Counted from the stretch's first letter, positions 9,408 through 18,734 are shown. The stretch: 64,000 bases of DNA from Sedimentisphaerales bacterium (GCA_963667715.1 OY763926.1:2654177-2718176), one strand, 5' to 3'. Numbers and translations are program-made. Notes: generated by a model from the letters alone, not told the origin.

Positions 9408-10037
9408 ATGACAGATTTACAACTATTAGCAAATTCGGTAATAAATGGCAAGCAAGACGATGCCATACGAATTACAACTGAAGCAATAATGGATAATATA
9501 TCGCCACAGCAGATACTGGAAGATGGCCTGATAGCCGGCATGAGCGTAGTTGGAGTTCGGTTCAAGGCAAATGAGATATATGTACCACAGGTACTTATTG
9601 CCGCACGTGCAATGAAATCGGCCATGGAAATACTTGAGCCCAAACTAGCAGAAGCGGGAGTAAGTGCACTGGGTAGAGCTGTTGTCGGAACAGTACAAGG
9701 CGACCTGCACGACATCGGTAAAAACCTTGTGGTTATGATGCTAAAAGGTGCAGGCTTTGAAGTGTGCGACCTTGGTGTGGATAAATCGCCGGAAGAATTT
9801 ATTATAAAGGCCAAAGAGCTAAACGCCGAGATCATTGGCTTAAGTGCACTGCTGACAACTACAATGCCAGCTATGGCACAGACTGTTGAAACAATCCGTC
9901 AGTCAGGGTTATCATGCAAAATAATGGTGGGCGGAGCACCTGTAACCCAGGAATTTGCCGACCAGATAGGAGCTGACGGCTATTCCGCTGATGCCGCCTC
10001 AGCGGTAGAAACGGCCAAAAAACTAATGAGTCATTAA
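9408..10037 (+). CDS. Corrinoid (B12-binding) protein of a methyltransferase system
   Basis: A B12-binding_2 helical cap is followed by a Rossmann domain with the lower-ligand motif D-x-H-x-x-G ('GDLHDIGKN', 9702-9719), then 'LSALLTTTM' and 'KIMVGGAPV'. An AGGAG Shine-Dalgarno sequence lies upstream. Confidence 0.9.
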   Translation: MTDLQLLANSVINGKQDDAIRITTEAIMDNISPQQILEDGLIAGMSVVGVRFKANEIYVPQVLIAARAMKSAMEILEPKLAEAGVSALGRAVVGTVQGDLHDIGKNLVVMMLKGAGFEVCDLGVDKSPEEFIIKAKELNAEIIGLSALLTTTMPAMAQTVETIRQSGLSCKIMVGGAPVTQEFADQIGADGYSADAASAVETAKKLMSH

Positions 10038-10038
10038 C

Positions 10039-10081
10039 CAAAAAAGTTCCTGTAAGCTAATAAGTACTTACAGGAACTTTA
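10039..10081. terminator. Bidirectional intrinsic terminator between convergent genes
   Basis: Perfect 12-bp stem AGTTCCTGTAAG (10045-10056) / CTTACAGGAACT (10067-10078), flanked by an A-run on the left and TTT on the right. Confidence 0.65.
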
Positions 10082-10100
10082 ATCTTATAACTACAAAAAC

Positions 10101-13100
10101 TTAATAGCTTAGGTTGTACAAATTCTGAATTTCATTTTCAGGAAGTGCACGGTCAAATATATACAGTTCATCAATATTCCCATTAAAGTATTGCCTACCA
10201 GCTGAGAACATTCCGATGGTGACATTATCGCCTTCTGCTGTGCTTATATCACAAGGAGCACAAGCACCTGCTATCTCAAGCGAACCATCAATATACATAA
10301 GCACATCTTCAACATTAGGTGAACCATCATCGGCAAAAACAACTGCAACATGATGCCATTGGCCGTCGGCAAGATTTCTGGTACCGCTAATATAACCGCC
10401 TGAAACCTCAACCCTGAGATTGCTGTCACCATTTAAACGTACAAGCCATTTAGCACCGATATCAGTTGATCCCCAACTGAGAATATGCTTGCCGGGAGTC
10501 TCAGTTTTTATCCACATACTGCAAGTCCTGTCCTGCGTCCCTGTTATCCCCTTATAGGACATACAGAATACATAATCGTTTATGCCATCAAGTAAAAGAC
10601 TGCTATTTATTACACCATCTCCACCTGGATCACTATTGGCACCATTATATGCATAACATAGCCTCTGGTATATAGACCCGTCTTCAAAGGTATTGCCATC
10701 TTTTTCATCACAAGACAGATATAATAACACATCTTTCTTAACAATTTTCTTTATTTCATCAATAGAGAGGGCACGTTCATATATCTTTATATCATCGATC
10801 ATACCCGGCAGAAACTTACCTGGTACATCATTTACATATATAGCACCAGCGAGAACATTTCTGCTGGCATTGGTGTTTATCACCTGCTCACCGGCAAAAG
10901 TAACACCCTGCACCACGCCGTCAACTAAAAGAATAATGTCTTTGACGGTAGCGTTATCACTTCCATTTAGTATAGCAGCAACATGGTGCCACTGATCATC
11001 GTCTATCTTATTAATAGTACTGATATAACCGCCAAAGATACCAACTCCAAGCCTGCCGTCGGATTCAACCCTAAACAGCCACGCTTCACCAGCACTAGCC
11101 TGTCCCCAGGTAAGAATACCAAGCTGCTCATTAACATTTGTCTTCACCCAGGCCATGCACGTACGGCTGGCAGAACCGCCCACACCATAACAGCCGTCAA
11201 GTTCTATATAGTCACCTTCCCCGTCAAGTGAAACAGCTCCACCGCCCAGAACAGCTGGGATATAATAGTCATCGATATAAGCATCGCCATGTAATACCGC
11301 AGCGTTTCCGTTTACTACATCCTGAGTATCAGTATTCAATGGCCAATAGCCTATTATATTTGCATTATCGGCCAATGCCAACCATTGGCTGGCCATGACC
11401 TCAATATCTGCAATATCAATATTACAATCTCCAGTAATATCTGTACCTGAACAAGCATTATTCATCCATTCGGCAGCCAACATAGAGAAGTCTGCAATAT
11501 CGATATTTCCATCGCCACTAATATCAGCGGAAGTGTTACAACTACACTGGCATGAATCGTAATAGAATGATTCTAATGAAGAATTATGAGCTTCTATAGC
11601 TGGAATATAGTAGCAGTGCGAAACATTAGATAGGGGATTGTTAGTAATATCAACATTAACTAAACCAGTTTGTGTTGTTATTGGCTGAATATTACTAATA
11701 TTATTATTTTGCAGATAAACATTTTCCAGACGATCACAAGACGCTAATAGAGAAATATCAATGATCTCATTATTATTCAATACAACGCCAGCCAAACGAG
11801 GCATATTTGAAACAAATGAAATATCACTAACCCCGCAATTGCCTATATATAAAAATTGCATATTCCCCATATAATATAGTAGCCCCGGGTCAAGATTTGT
11901 TATATTACAAGCATTCAGTAATATAAGACTATCACAAGTATCCAAAACACTAGTATCTGTTATTGGGTTAGAATCAATCATCAATGTATTCAGGACAGGA
12001 TAATTAGCGATAACTGAAATATCTGCTATTTCATTATCTGAAATACCGAGTACCTCAAGTCTGGTCAGGCCACTTAATATTGATATATCAGTGATATGAT
12101 TATATTCTGCATGAAGATATCTTAAATCGGTAAAACTTTGCAAAGGTGATAGATCAGATAATTCGTTACCATCTACCCAAAGAGTTTGCAGAGATGTAAG
12201 ACCGCCAATAGGCTCAAGACTAGCGACATTATTGCCAGAAAGGTTAAGATATTCAAGATTTTTAGCATACTGAAGACCAGCCAACTCTGATATATTCCGG
12301 CCAACAGCATCAAGAGTCGCAAGGGCCATGATATCGATCACATTTGGCGAAATCACACCAAGCTGCTCTTCTACTGCAGCTTTGAGATTTGGGTCAGTAA
12401 AAACTACAGTATCAAAAGCAGATGGTTTAGACTCAAATTCAATTATGTAACCAACAACATCCCCAGCATATACCAGGTCAACAATATTTTCAGCATCATT
12501 CCAATAAGCAGCACGATAACCAACGCACATAAACTGTAGATAATCTTCAACATTAAGTAAGTTATTAGGCTCAACACCATGCCATCTGGAGTAGGTCCAG
12601 GGGCTGCCGTCAACCCAGGTCCAGCTTCCACCCGGTTCATTATTTTTATTGATCTGATAGCCGCCAAGCCATGGGCCGGCAAAATGAACATCAACATCAA
12701 TGAGCCATTCAGTCCAATACATATCGTAATCACTGATCATGTAAACAAAATCATTCTCCTGCTCGCTGGTAATAGAAACGAGGTGGCCACCTGCTTCAAT
12801 TGCGGCACTGTTAGCACACTGCCACGAAATACCATTCGGAGCAGCAACTGCAAGGTAATAATGCCCATTACCACCTGCACCTTCAGACCATTGAACAACT
12901 GTACCAGGTACATATTCATCATTATCAACAGCTGTAACATTTATCTCAACTGTATCACATTGTTCAGACTCAAGTAGCAACATCGCAGAGCTGTCAAGAA
13001 AATCGTCATCATCTTCCTCTGCAGAAATAATAACTGTTTTACCAGAACTGTAATTTGTATTGTCAAAAACCAGAGTATCACCAAAAATTATTGCCAGATC

Positions 13101-13340
13101 CTGCCCTAGAGATTCAATTCTGGCAGATACTGTAAGGTTCCCCTCTGGAGCTTGGGAAAGACTAACATAAATAATTTTAAAGTCACCTTCTGGAACATTT
13201 ATTAAAGCTTCTGAGACAATTATACTTACATCGGAAAGCTCACCCGTTTCGTAAGCCGATGCACCAGACACCAAAATAACAAAAGATAATAGAAATAATA
13301 TACGAACAGAATTTGTTACATTACCAAGCAGTTTAAACAT
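10101..13340 (-). CDS. Large secreted multidomain protein: C-type lectin domain + leucine-rich repeats + dockerin-like Ca-binding repeats + 2 x LamG (Laminin_G_3)
   Basis: It has a signal peptide. The CTLD covers aa ~148-302 ('GGHLVSITSEQENDFV ... WLGG ... WTWVDGSPWTYSRW..EPNN ... WND'). About 10 LRRs cover aa ~340-575 ('L..L..L.L..N.I.DIS'). The dockerin-like repeats are 'DISGDGNIDIADFSMLAAEW' and 'DITGDCNIDIADIEVMASQW'. Two LamG modules each carry 'W(H)HVA.. ..DG' and 'IDD(E)..IY.RAL' blocks. Confidence 0.8.
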   Translation of the reverse strand: MFKLLGNVTNSVRILFLLSFVILVSGASAYETGELSDVSIIVSEALINVPEGDFKIIYVSLSQAPEGNLTVSARIESLGQDLAIIFGDTLVFDNTNYSSGKTVIISAEEDDDDFLDSSAMLLLESEQCDTVEINVTAVDNDEYVPGTVVQWSEGAGGNGHYYLAVAAPNGISWQCANSAAIEAGGHLVSITSEQENDFVYMISDYDMYWTEWLIDVDVHFAGPWLGGYQINKNNEPGGSWTWVDGSPWTYSRWHGVEPNNLLNVEDYLQFMCVGYRAAYWNDAENIVDLVYAGDVVGYIIEFESKPSAFDTVVFTDPNLKAAVEEQLGVISPNVIDIMALATLDAVGRNISELAGLQYAKNLEYLNLSGNNVASLEPIGGLTSLQTLWVDGNELSDLSPLQSFTDLRYLHAEYNHITDISILSGLTRLEVLGISDNEIADISVIANYPVLNTLMIDSNPITDTSVLDTCDSLILLNACNITNLDPGLLYYMGNMQFLYIGNCGVSDISFVSNMPRLAGVVLNNNEIIDISLLASCDRLENVYLQNNNISNIQPITTQTGLVNVDITNNPLSNVSHCYYIPAIEAHNSSLESFYYDSCQCSCNTSADISGDGNIDIADFSMLAAEWMNNACSGTDITGDCNIDIADIEVMASQWLALADNANIIGYWPLNTDTQDVVNGNAAVLHGDAYIDDYYIPAVLGGGAVSLDGEGDYIELDGCYGVGGSASRTCMAWVKTNVNEQLGILTWGQASAGEAWLFRVESDGRLGVGIFGGYISTINKIDDDQWHHVAAILNGSDNATVKDIILLVDGVVQGVTFAGEQVINTNASRNVLAGAIYVNDVPGKFLPGMIDDIKIYERALSIDEIKKIVKKDVLLYLSCDEKDGNTFEDGSIYQRLCYAYNGANSDPGGDGVINSSLLLDGINDYVFCMSYKGITGTQDRTCSMWIKTETPGKHILSWGSTDIGAKWLVRLNGDSNLRVEVSGGYISGTRNLADGQWHHVAVVFADDGSPNVEDVLMYIDGSLEIAGACAPCDISTAEGDNVTIGMFSAGRQYFNGNIDELYIFDRALPENEIQNLYNLSY

Positions 13341-13882
13341 AAATCAACCTTTCATTTAAATAGAAATTCCCCATCTTTACTAGTGAAAATGATAATGACG
13401 AATAATCCCTTACAGGCAACATATCTCCCAGAATTACATGTACATTACCCCATAAATACAGCTTATTTAAGAAAGAATCACGTTAGAATAATAGGGCCTG
13501 CCAACAAAGATTATCAAGTAATTAAAACATATATCCGAAAAAAAAGTATATAGTTGCATTTTATTACAAAAGGTAATTCTATTAGGTAGGACCAACCCAG
13601 ACCGACACCAACATAAACTACTTTACAATAAGTATTTACAAAACACAAACTCCCCTTCCAGCTATCTGCCAATATTTGCAGTAGGTAAATAAATATCAAA
13701 TGCCAATTACTATTCTGCCTATCGCATGCTAAAAAGAATAATAATTGTTAAGAAAATCAGTAAAATGGATTATAAATGTGGAGTATATACAAGTATTTAA
13801 CCGTACTACAGATTTAATTTTAGTATATCAGAATGTTTTTTAATGCGTTTTTTGCAACAGAACGTGTAAAAGTTAATTATAA

Positions 13883-14404
13883 ATGTCATTAAATGAAGAA
13901 CAAATAGTTGAGCTGGTGCTAACACACAGGCTTAAGCTGATCTCGTTTATGAGGTCAATAGTATGCGATTTTCACGTTGCTGAAGACCTGTACCAGAAGG
14001 TGTGCCTGTCTGCCCTGCAGAACAAAGAAAAATTCACAGACAGCGGCCATCTGATGAAATGGGTGTGGGTTGTTGGCAGGAATGAATCGTTAAAGCATTT
14101 GCGAGCCCAAAAAAAACAACCAATTGTTCTAAATGAAGAAATCCTTGAGATGATCCAATGCGAATCGGAAAATAATTCGATATTGGATTATCCCGAAATA
14201 CAGTCAATATTGGAAAAATGTATATCCCAGCTCTCCGAGCCGGTAAAGAACTTATTGGAAAAAAGGTATAAACAGAATCTGACTGGTGCTAAACTTGCAG
14301 AGTCGTTAAACAGAAATACCAAATCAATATATGTTGCGATCAGCCGGGCACATCGAGCGTTATATAACTGTATGCGAAAGAAAATAGAACCAATGAAAGA
14401 ATAA
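13883..14404 (+). CDS. ECF-type RNA polymerase sigma-70 family factor
   Basis: 173 aa. It has a region 2 block 'AEDLYQKVCLSAL' and a region 4 HTH 'TGAKLAESLNRNTKSIYVAISRAHRAL'. The anti-sigma gene follows immediately. Confidence 0.9.
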   Translation: MSLNEEQIVELVLTHRLKLISFMRSIVCDFHVAEDLYQKVCLSALQNKEKFTDSGHLMKWVWVVGRNESLKHLRAQKKQPIVLNEEILEMIQCESENNSILDYPEIQSILEKCISQLSEPVKNLLEKRYKQNLTGAKLAESLNRNTKSIYVAISRAHRALYNCMRKKIEPMKE

Positions 14405-14405
14405 A

Positions 14406-16133
14406 ATGAGCAATAAAGATAATACAATTTATTCATTCTCAGACTTTTCCGACAGTCGCTTTGATGTGTTGATGCAAGTATACCTTGAAGGAAAGATCAC
14501 AGAAAAAGACGCCGACACGCTCAGAGATTACCTCAAAAGGCCGGAATACGTTAAAAGATTTGTAATGGTCTGTAAACAGGAACAGCTGGTTCATGATATC
14601 ATATCATCCGGAGCAGCTAATAATGCCGAAAGTTCAGCCGAAACTGAGCTTGAAGTTTTACGCCAGTTTGCTATGTATGAAAATAATGCCCCAAGCGTAG
14701 AAAAAGAGCTGCCTAAGCCAGATCCGGTGGTTATTAATACCGTGAAGCTGCCGGAAAGACCGCACAGGGACAAGTTTTCACTCTTAACGATACTGGCTAC
14801 TGCAGCCATAGTACTGCTGGCCCTGATAATCAGACTTACTCCCACTCAGCAAGAACCAAAAGCTGCTATATTATCTGATACCTGTAAAGTATGCTGGACC
14901 GGCCACCTGACAGATCTACAGATTGGTAATAATATATTTACCAATGAAAAAGTAAGTCTGTCACAGGGGCTTATCGAGCTAAAGACCGACCGGGACGTAA
15001 CGGTAATAATAGAAGGCCCAGCTGAATTTGAGTTTAAGACCACATCAGAGTTACAGCTTAATTACGGCCACATATATTCCAAAGTTATGAAGCAAGGTGC
15101 CGGCTTTACAGTTAAAACACCTAATGCAATGATCGTTGACCTTGGAACTGAATTCAGTATAAAGGTAGATAGGTTCCTCGGATCAACACAGGTGCAAATG
15201 TATAAAGGATCAGCGGTAATATCAAATAATCAGGATGAATCTGGACGTGAGATATTAAAAACCGGTATTGCTCGTGCTGTTGACAATCAAGGCGTGATGT
15301 CAGATATTCCATTTGAAAAGAACTGCGTTCTTAACCGAACACTATCTGGATATGAAAAGAAACTGGAAGAGCTGCATGTCAGCAGATATATGACATTTAA
15401 CAATAAAACTTCATGGGTAAATAATTATGTAGGCCGGAATAGTATAAAGGACAATTTCCAATATTACGATACATATACTTCACCATTTAGTGATCAGGAC
15501 GCTCTATTATCCGATTCTGCATTATATTTTAATTCAGACAGTTCCGTCAAAAGCTATGCTCAGCTGCACAATATGCCTGAATTTGATAAAGGAAGCTTTA
15601 CTATTGCCCTGTGGTTTAAGCAAAACCCAGATCAACCCGGCCCCAGAAAACAATATCTGGTATCAAATTATGAGCCGGCTACTGTAAGCGGCTGGAGAAT
15701 TGGTATGCTGGACAATAAACTTTTCATTAGAATGTCTGAATATTCCGCACAACCTATATATCAGCTGTGGATGACAAATGATCAGCCATTAAGCGAAGGC
15801 TGGCATTCAGTAGTAATGGTTGCTGATCGTAGTAATTCGACAGTTACCGGTTATCTTGACGGCAATATAACCAATTGGGCTTTTGCTAATCCAGAAGAGC
15901 TCAAAGCTATTGATAGCGAGTATAACGGTAATACACTGAGTAAGAAACTCCCTAAACATATATCAATATCCACCGATACCGATATCCATCTCGGAATTCG
16001 TCCTAAAAACCTTATGTGCCAATTTAGCGGCTGGATATATGATATGGCAGTATGGAACAGTCCGCTGAACGCTGATAAGATTAAGCAGCTATACAGCAAG
16101 TTCCCATTAGAACAAGATCAAAACAACCAATAA
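14406..16133 (+). CDS. FecR-family transmembrane anti-sigma factor with C-terminal LamG domain
   Basis: It starts 1 nt after the sigma stop. There is a single TM ('FSLLTILATAAIVLLALIIRL'), a FecR-like beta domain ('GLIELKTDRDVTVIIEGPAEFEF ... GAGFTVKTPNAMIVDLGTEFSI') and a C-terminal Laminin_G_3 pattern ('GSFTIALWFK ... GWHSVVMVADRSNSTVTGYLDGN ... FSGWIYDMAVWNSPL'). Confidence 0.85.
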   Translation: MSNKDNTIYSFSDFSDSRFDVLMQVYLEGKITEKDADTLRDYLKRPEYVKRFVMVCKQEQLVHDIISSGAANNAESSAETELEVLRQFAMYENNAPSVEKELPKPDPVVINTVKLPERPHRDKFSLLTILATAAIVLLALIIRLTPTQQEPKAAILSDTCKVCWTGHLTDLQIGNNIFTNEKVSLSQGLIELKTDRDVTVIIEGPAEFEFKTTSELQLNYGHIYSKVMKQGAGFTVKTPNAMIVDLGTEFSIKVDRFLGSTQVQMYKGSAVISNNQDESGREILKTGIARAVDNQGVMSDIPFEKNCVLNRTLSGYEKKLEELHVSRYMTFNNKTSWVNNYVGRNSIKDNFQYYDTYTSPFSDQDALLSDSALYFNSDSSVKSYAQLHNMPEFDKGSFTIALWFKQNPDQPGPRKQYLVSNYEPATVSGWRIGMLDNKLFIRMSEYSAQPIYQLWMTNDQPLSEGWHSVVMVADRSNSTVTGYLDGNITNWAFANPEELKAIDSEYNGNTLSKKLPKHISISTDTDIHLGIRPKNLMCQFSGWIYDMAVWNSPLNADKIKQLYSKFPLEQDQNNQ

Positions 16134-16183
16134 TTGTGTTCGCTCATTTTAAAATGGATCATTAAATTTTTTCCATCTCGATT

Positions 16184-16222
16184 TCCCGGGCCTGTAAGAG
16201 ACGGCAGACCCGGGAATTTTTT
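16184..16222. terminator. Bidirectional intrinsic terminator between convergent genes
   Basis: TCCCGGGCCTG (16184-16194) pairs with CAGACCCGGGA (16205-16215) with one mismatch, followed by ATTTTTT. Confidence 0.65.
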
Positions 16223-16244
16223 ATACTCAGCTTTAGTATCTTTA

Positions 16245-17324
16245 TTAAGGTAATGCAATATTAACTATACTATCTGTCGGCCTGTCAGCCCCGACCCGGC
16301 CATTAGTTAATCTCATAGGATCAATACACAGAAGCCCTCTATGGCTATTATCTTTTTCCCAGCGATAACTAAACCATGGCTTATTGTCTGGCCCATCGAA
16401 TATTGCCATATGGCCACCAAGAAATACCTGCCCCCTGCTGTCCTTTTTCCATGGACCAAGCACGCTATCAGCATAAGCAAAACCAGCCCAATATCCTTGT
16501 CTCTCAAGAGGATTAGCCTCTCTATATGGGCCAGAATACATCAAGACATATCTTCCATCTTCACAAATAAGCCATGGCCCTTCCTGATAATCAGCTTTAG
16601 CCGCTAATCCAATATCTGTATTATCATTTGCCACAGCCAAGACCCTCTGACCAGTTAGAGAAACCTTGTTTTCATTTAATTTTGTCAGGTCAATACGCTG
16701 GATAAATATATCACCAGCTGGAATTACAGCATAAGTCTGTCCATCAGTATCTTCAAATAGCGAGGTGTCACAAGCACCACCCTCTATATAAGTTATATGC
16801 TCATAAGGACCGGTTATCTTATCAGCAACACCAACAAATGCATAGCCAGCAGTCCCCCAGGTTCCAGCCGGGTTAAACTCTTTTTTTATCCAATTATCAG
16901 CAGTAAAGATCAGATAATATTTGCCTGCCATCTTATGTATCTCAGGAGCCCAGAATCTGTTTTTATAAGGTGAACTTTCAGGGAGTAAACTAGCCTTTAC
17001 CAGCCAGTTTTCAAACTTCCACTCTTTTAAATCAGGCGATGAAAACAGTATAATGCCGGGCGAACCGCCCTGGTCTGGCATGTGCAAGCGGTCTGTTTCA
17101 CGATTGGCAAAAGGCCAGACAGTAAAGACCAGATAATACCGACCGCCATCTTTAATAATACACGGGTCTCTTATCTCCTTATGCTCAACAGAATAAACGC
17201 TATAACTAAAATCTATCGGATTACAGTATTCAAAGCTTTTAACAGACTGTTGAGGCAGAGTTTGGGAAAAAGATAAACCAGACAATATACATACCCAACA
17301 AAGACAAGCCAACATACGTCGCAT
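16245..17324 (-). CDS. Glycoside hydrolase family 43 (xylosidase/arabinanase-type five-bladed propeller)
   Basis: It has a signal peptide. GH43 blocks are 'IRDPCIIKDGGRYYLVFT', 'FWAPEIHKMAGKYYLIFT' and 'QEGPWLICEDGRYVLMYS'. Confidence 0.85.
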   Translation of the reverse strand: MRRMLACLCWVCILSGLSFSQTLPQQSVKSFEYCNPIDFSYSVYSVEHKEIRDPCIIKDGGRYYLVFTVWPFANRETDRLHMPDQGGSPGIILFSSPDLKEWKFENWLVKASLLPESSPYKNRFWAPEIHKMAGKYYLIFTADNWIKKEFNPAGTWGTAGYAFVGVADKITGPYEHITYIEGGACDTSLFEDTDGQTYAVIPAGDIFIQRIDLTKLNENKVSLTGQRVLAVANDNTDIGLAAKADYQEGPWLICEDGRYVLMYSGPYREANPLERQGYWAGFAYADSVLGPWKKDSRGQVFLGGHMAIFDGPDNKPWFSYRWEKDNSHRGLLCIDPMRLTNGRVGADRPTDSIVNIALP

Positions 17325-17432
17325 AATCAGTCCCCTTTAAAACAATACTATTTCAATGATTAAAAAAAAAGCCGCTAACCAAGATATGGTCAACAGCTTT
17401 TTTATACATTATATATGCTAAATAATCAAATA

Positions 17433-18734
17433 TTATTCTGCTACGATCTTGATAGTATGAACTACCGGCTTGATAGAATCTTCAAGAGCTTTTACCTTCT
17501 TAGCATGTACCATTTCGGTAAGTTTGACAATAGTATCCATGTCGATCTTTGCTTCTTCGCCATGGAACATGGTCTTGATCTGATGTGTTTCGTAATTCTG
17601 CTTATTTGTAACCGCTTCATCAACTTTCTTGAATGCGTCAGAGAAAGGATTAACATCAAAATCAGCTGCCAGATTAACACCTTCTGCGAGCTGCTGCTTT
17701 GTGTATGTGTGACGCTGAGAGCCCCAATAAACAACATACTTATCAGCTTTGGCATTTTTAACAACCAGCATCATACGGTTAAGTTCCTCATTGAAAGGAA
17801 CCAGAGTCATACCAGAGCGAATAGATTTCCATGAATTAGTCGGGCCGGTAGCACAGAACGGGTAACGTGTACTTTCGATAGTAACCAGACCGTTATTAGA
17901 AGAAAGAACCTTGTGGCCTTCACTAACAGTAGCAGAGCCATCAGCGAGATCCATGGTAAAGGTACCAATATTACCATCCAGGCCAAGACCTTTCAGGAAT
18001 GCATAGGCCATAACCAGGTGACCAGCCCAATCAGGATGAACACCATCTTCGCCGGCAAGTTTATAATCATCAGCATACATTTTGCGTGCATTAAACTCGC
18101 CAACAAGCATAGGAACAAATACATCAGCATAAGCGACATTTTCTTCCTTGGCTATTTTGATACCAATATTACGCAATTCACATAAGTTCTGGTTCATAGC
18201 TTCAACTGTTGAATCTGGATTGCCCTGCCACCAAGGCTTAAGTAGAATAGTTCCAGGAGAACCCTGAACAACACGAGTGCCAGACTTTTTAAAAAGCTTA
18301 ACTATAGCACTTGAAGCCTTGTAATATTCATCGCCTGTTTCTTTTTTATATGGTTCATAGTGATGGTCGTTCATGCCGTAACAGGTAGTAGCAATATCAG
18401 GTTTGAAACGGAGACAGTCATTTTCCATACGAGAGTAGAAACCAGGAGCTGTTTCACCACCCCAGCCAAACTGACGGCAAGTAATATCAAGCTGCGGAAC
18501 ACAAACGGTAAGATAGGTTTCCATTATTCTGGAATACATCTTCTGCTCAGTGATCGAATCGCCAATAATAGCCAGACGGTCACCTTTTTTAAACTGCAAT
18601 TCCTGAGTAACAGGAGCCTTCACCGGCTTAAAAGCCGCAAAATGCGGATCATTTGGTAATTTCTCCAGCATCTGTGCTGGCAAAGAAGCGGCAAGTAATA
18701 GCAGCGACAAAATAAATAATAATCTTTTACTCAT
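17433..18734 (-). CDS. Secreted SGNH/GDSL-family hydrolase (esterase) with an extra C-terminal domain
   Basis: It has a signal peptide. Block I is 'RLAIIGDSITEQ' (GDS), 'GWGGE' and 'CYGMND' are blocks II/III, and 'DGVHP' is block V. Confidence 0.8.
   Translation of the reverse strand: MSKRLLFILSLLLLAASLPAQMLEKLPNDPHFAAFKPVKAPVTQELQFKKGDRLAIIGDSITEQKMYSRIMETYLTVCVPQLDITCRQFGWGGETAPGFYSRMENDCLRFKPDIATTCYGMNDHHYEPYKKETGDEYYKASSAIVKLFKKSGTRVVQGSPGTILLKPWWQGNPDSTVEAMNQNLCELRNIGIKIAKEENVAYADVFVPMLVGEFNARKMYADDYKLAGEDGVHPDWAGHLVMAYAFLKGLGLDGNIGTFTMDLADGSATVSEGHKVLSSNNGLVTIESTRYPFCATGPTNSWKSIRSGMTLVPFNEELNRMMLVVKNAKADKYVVYWGSQRHTYTKQQLAEGVNLAADFDVNPFSDAFKKVDEAVTNKQNYETHQIKTMFHGEEAKIDMDTIVKLTEMVHAKKVKALEDSIKPVVHTIKIVAE

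Noticed and set aside
9314-9835. 173-aa minus-strand ORF antisense to the cobW 3' end and the corrinoid protein.
   Set aside because: The S/A/P/T-rich low-complexity product is the mirror frame of a well-supported B12-binding protein gene. There is no independent start context.
17325-17432. Hairpin-like sequence GCCGCTAACC...GGTCAACAGC flanked by A9 and T6 between the GH43 and SGNH genes.
   Set aside because: The stem has 3 mismatches in 10 bp, which is too weak to call a terminator with confidence.
17415-17834. 139-aa + strand ORF, and other long antisense ORFs (2394-2834 -, 51912-52355 -, 55983-56367 both strands, 24850-25251 -, 12579-12977 +).
   Set aside because: Each lies entirely inside a confidently assigned gene on the opposite strand or in another frame, and none has a recognisable motif. 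They are typical shadow ORFs.
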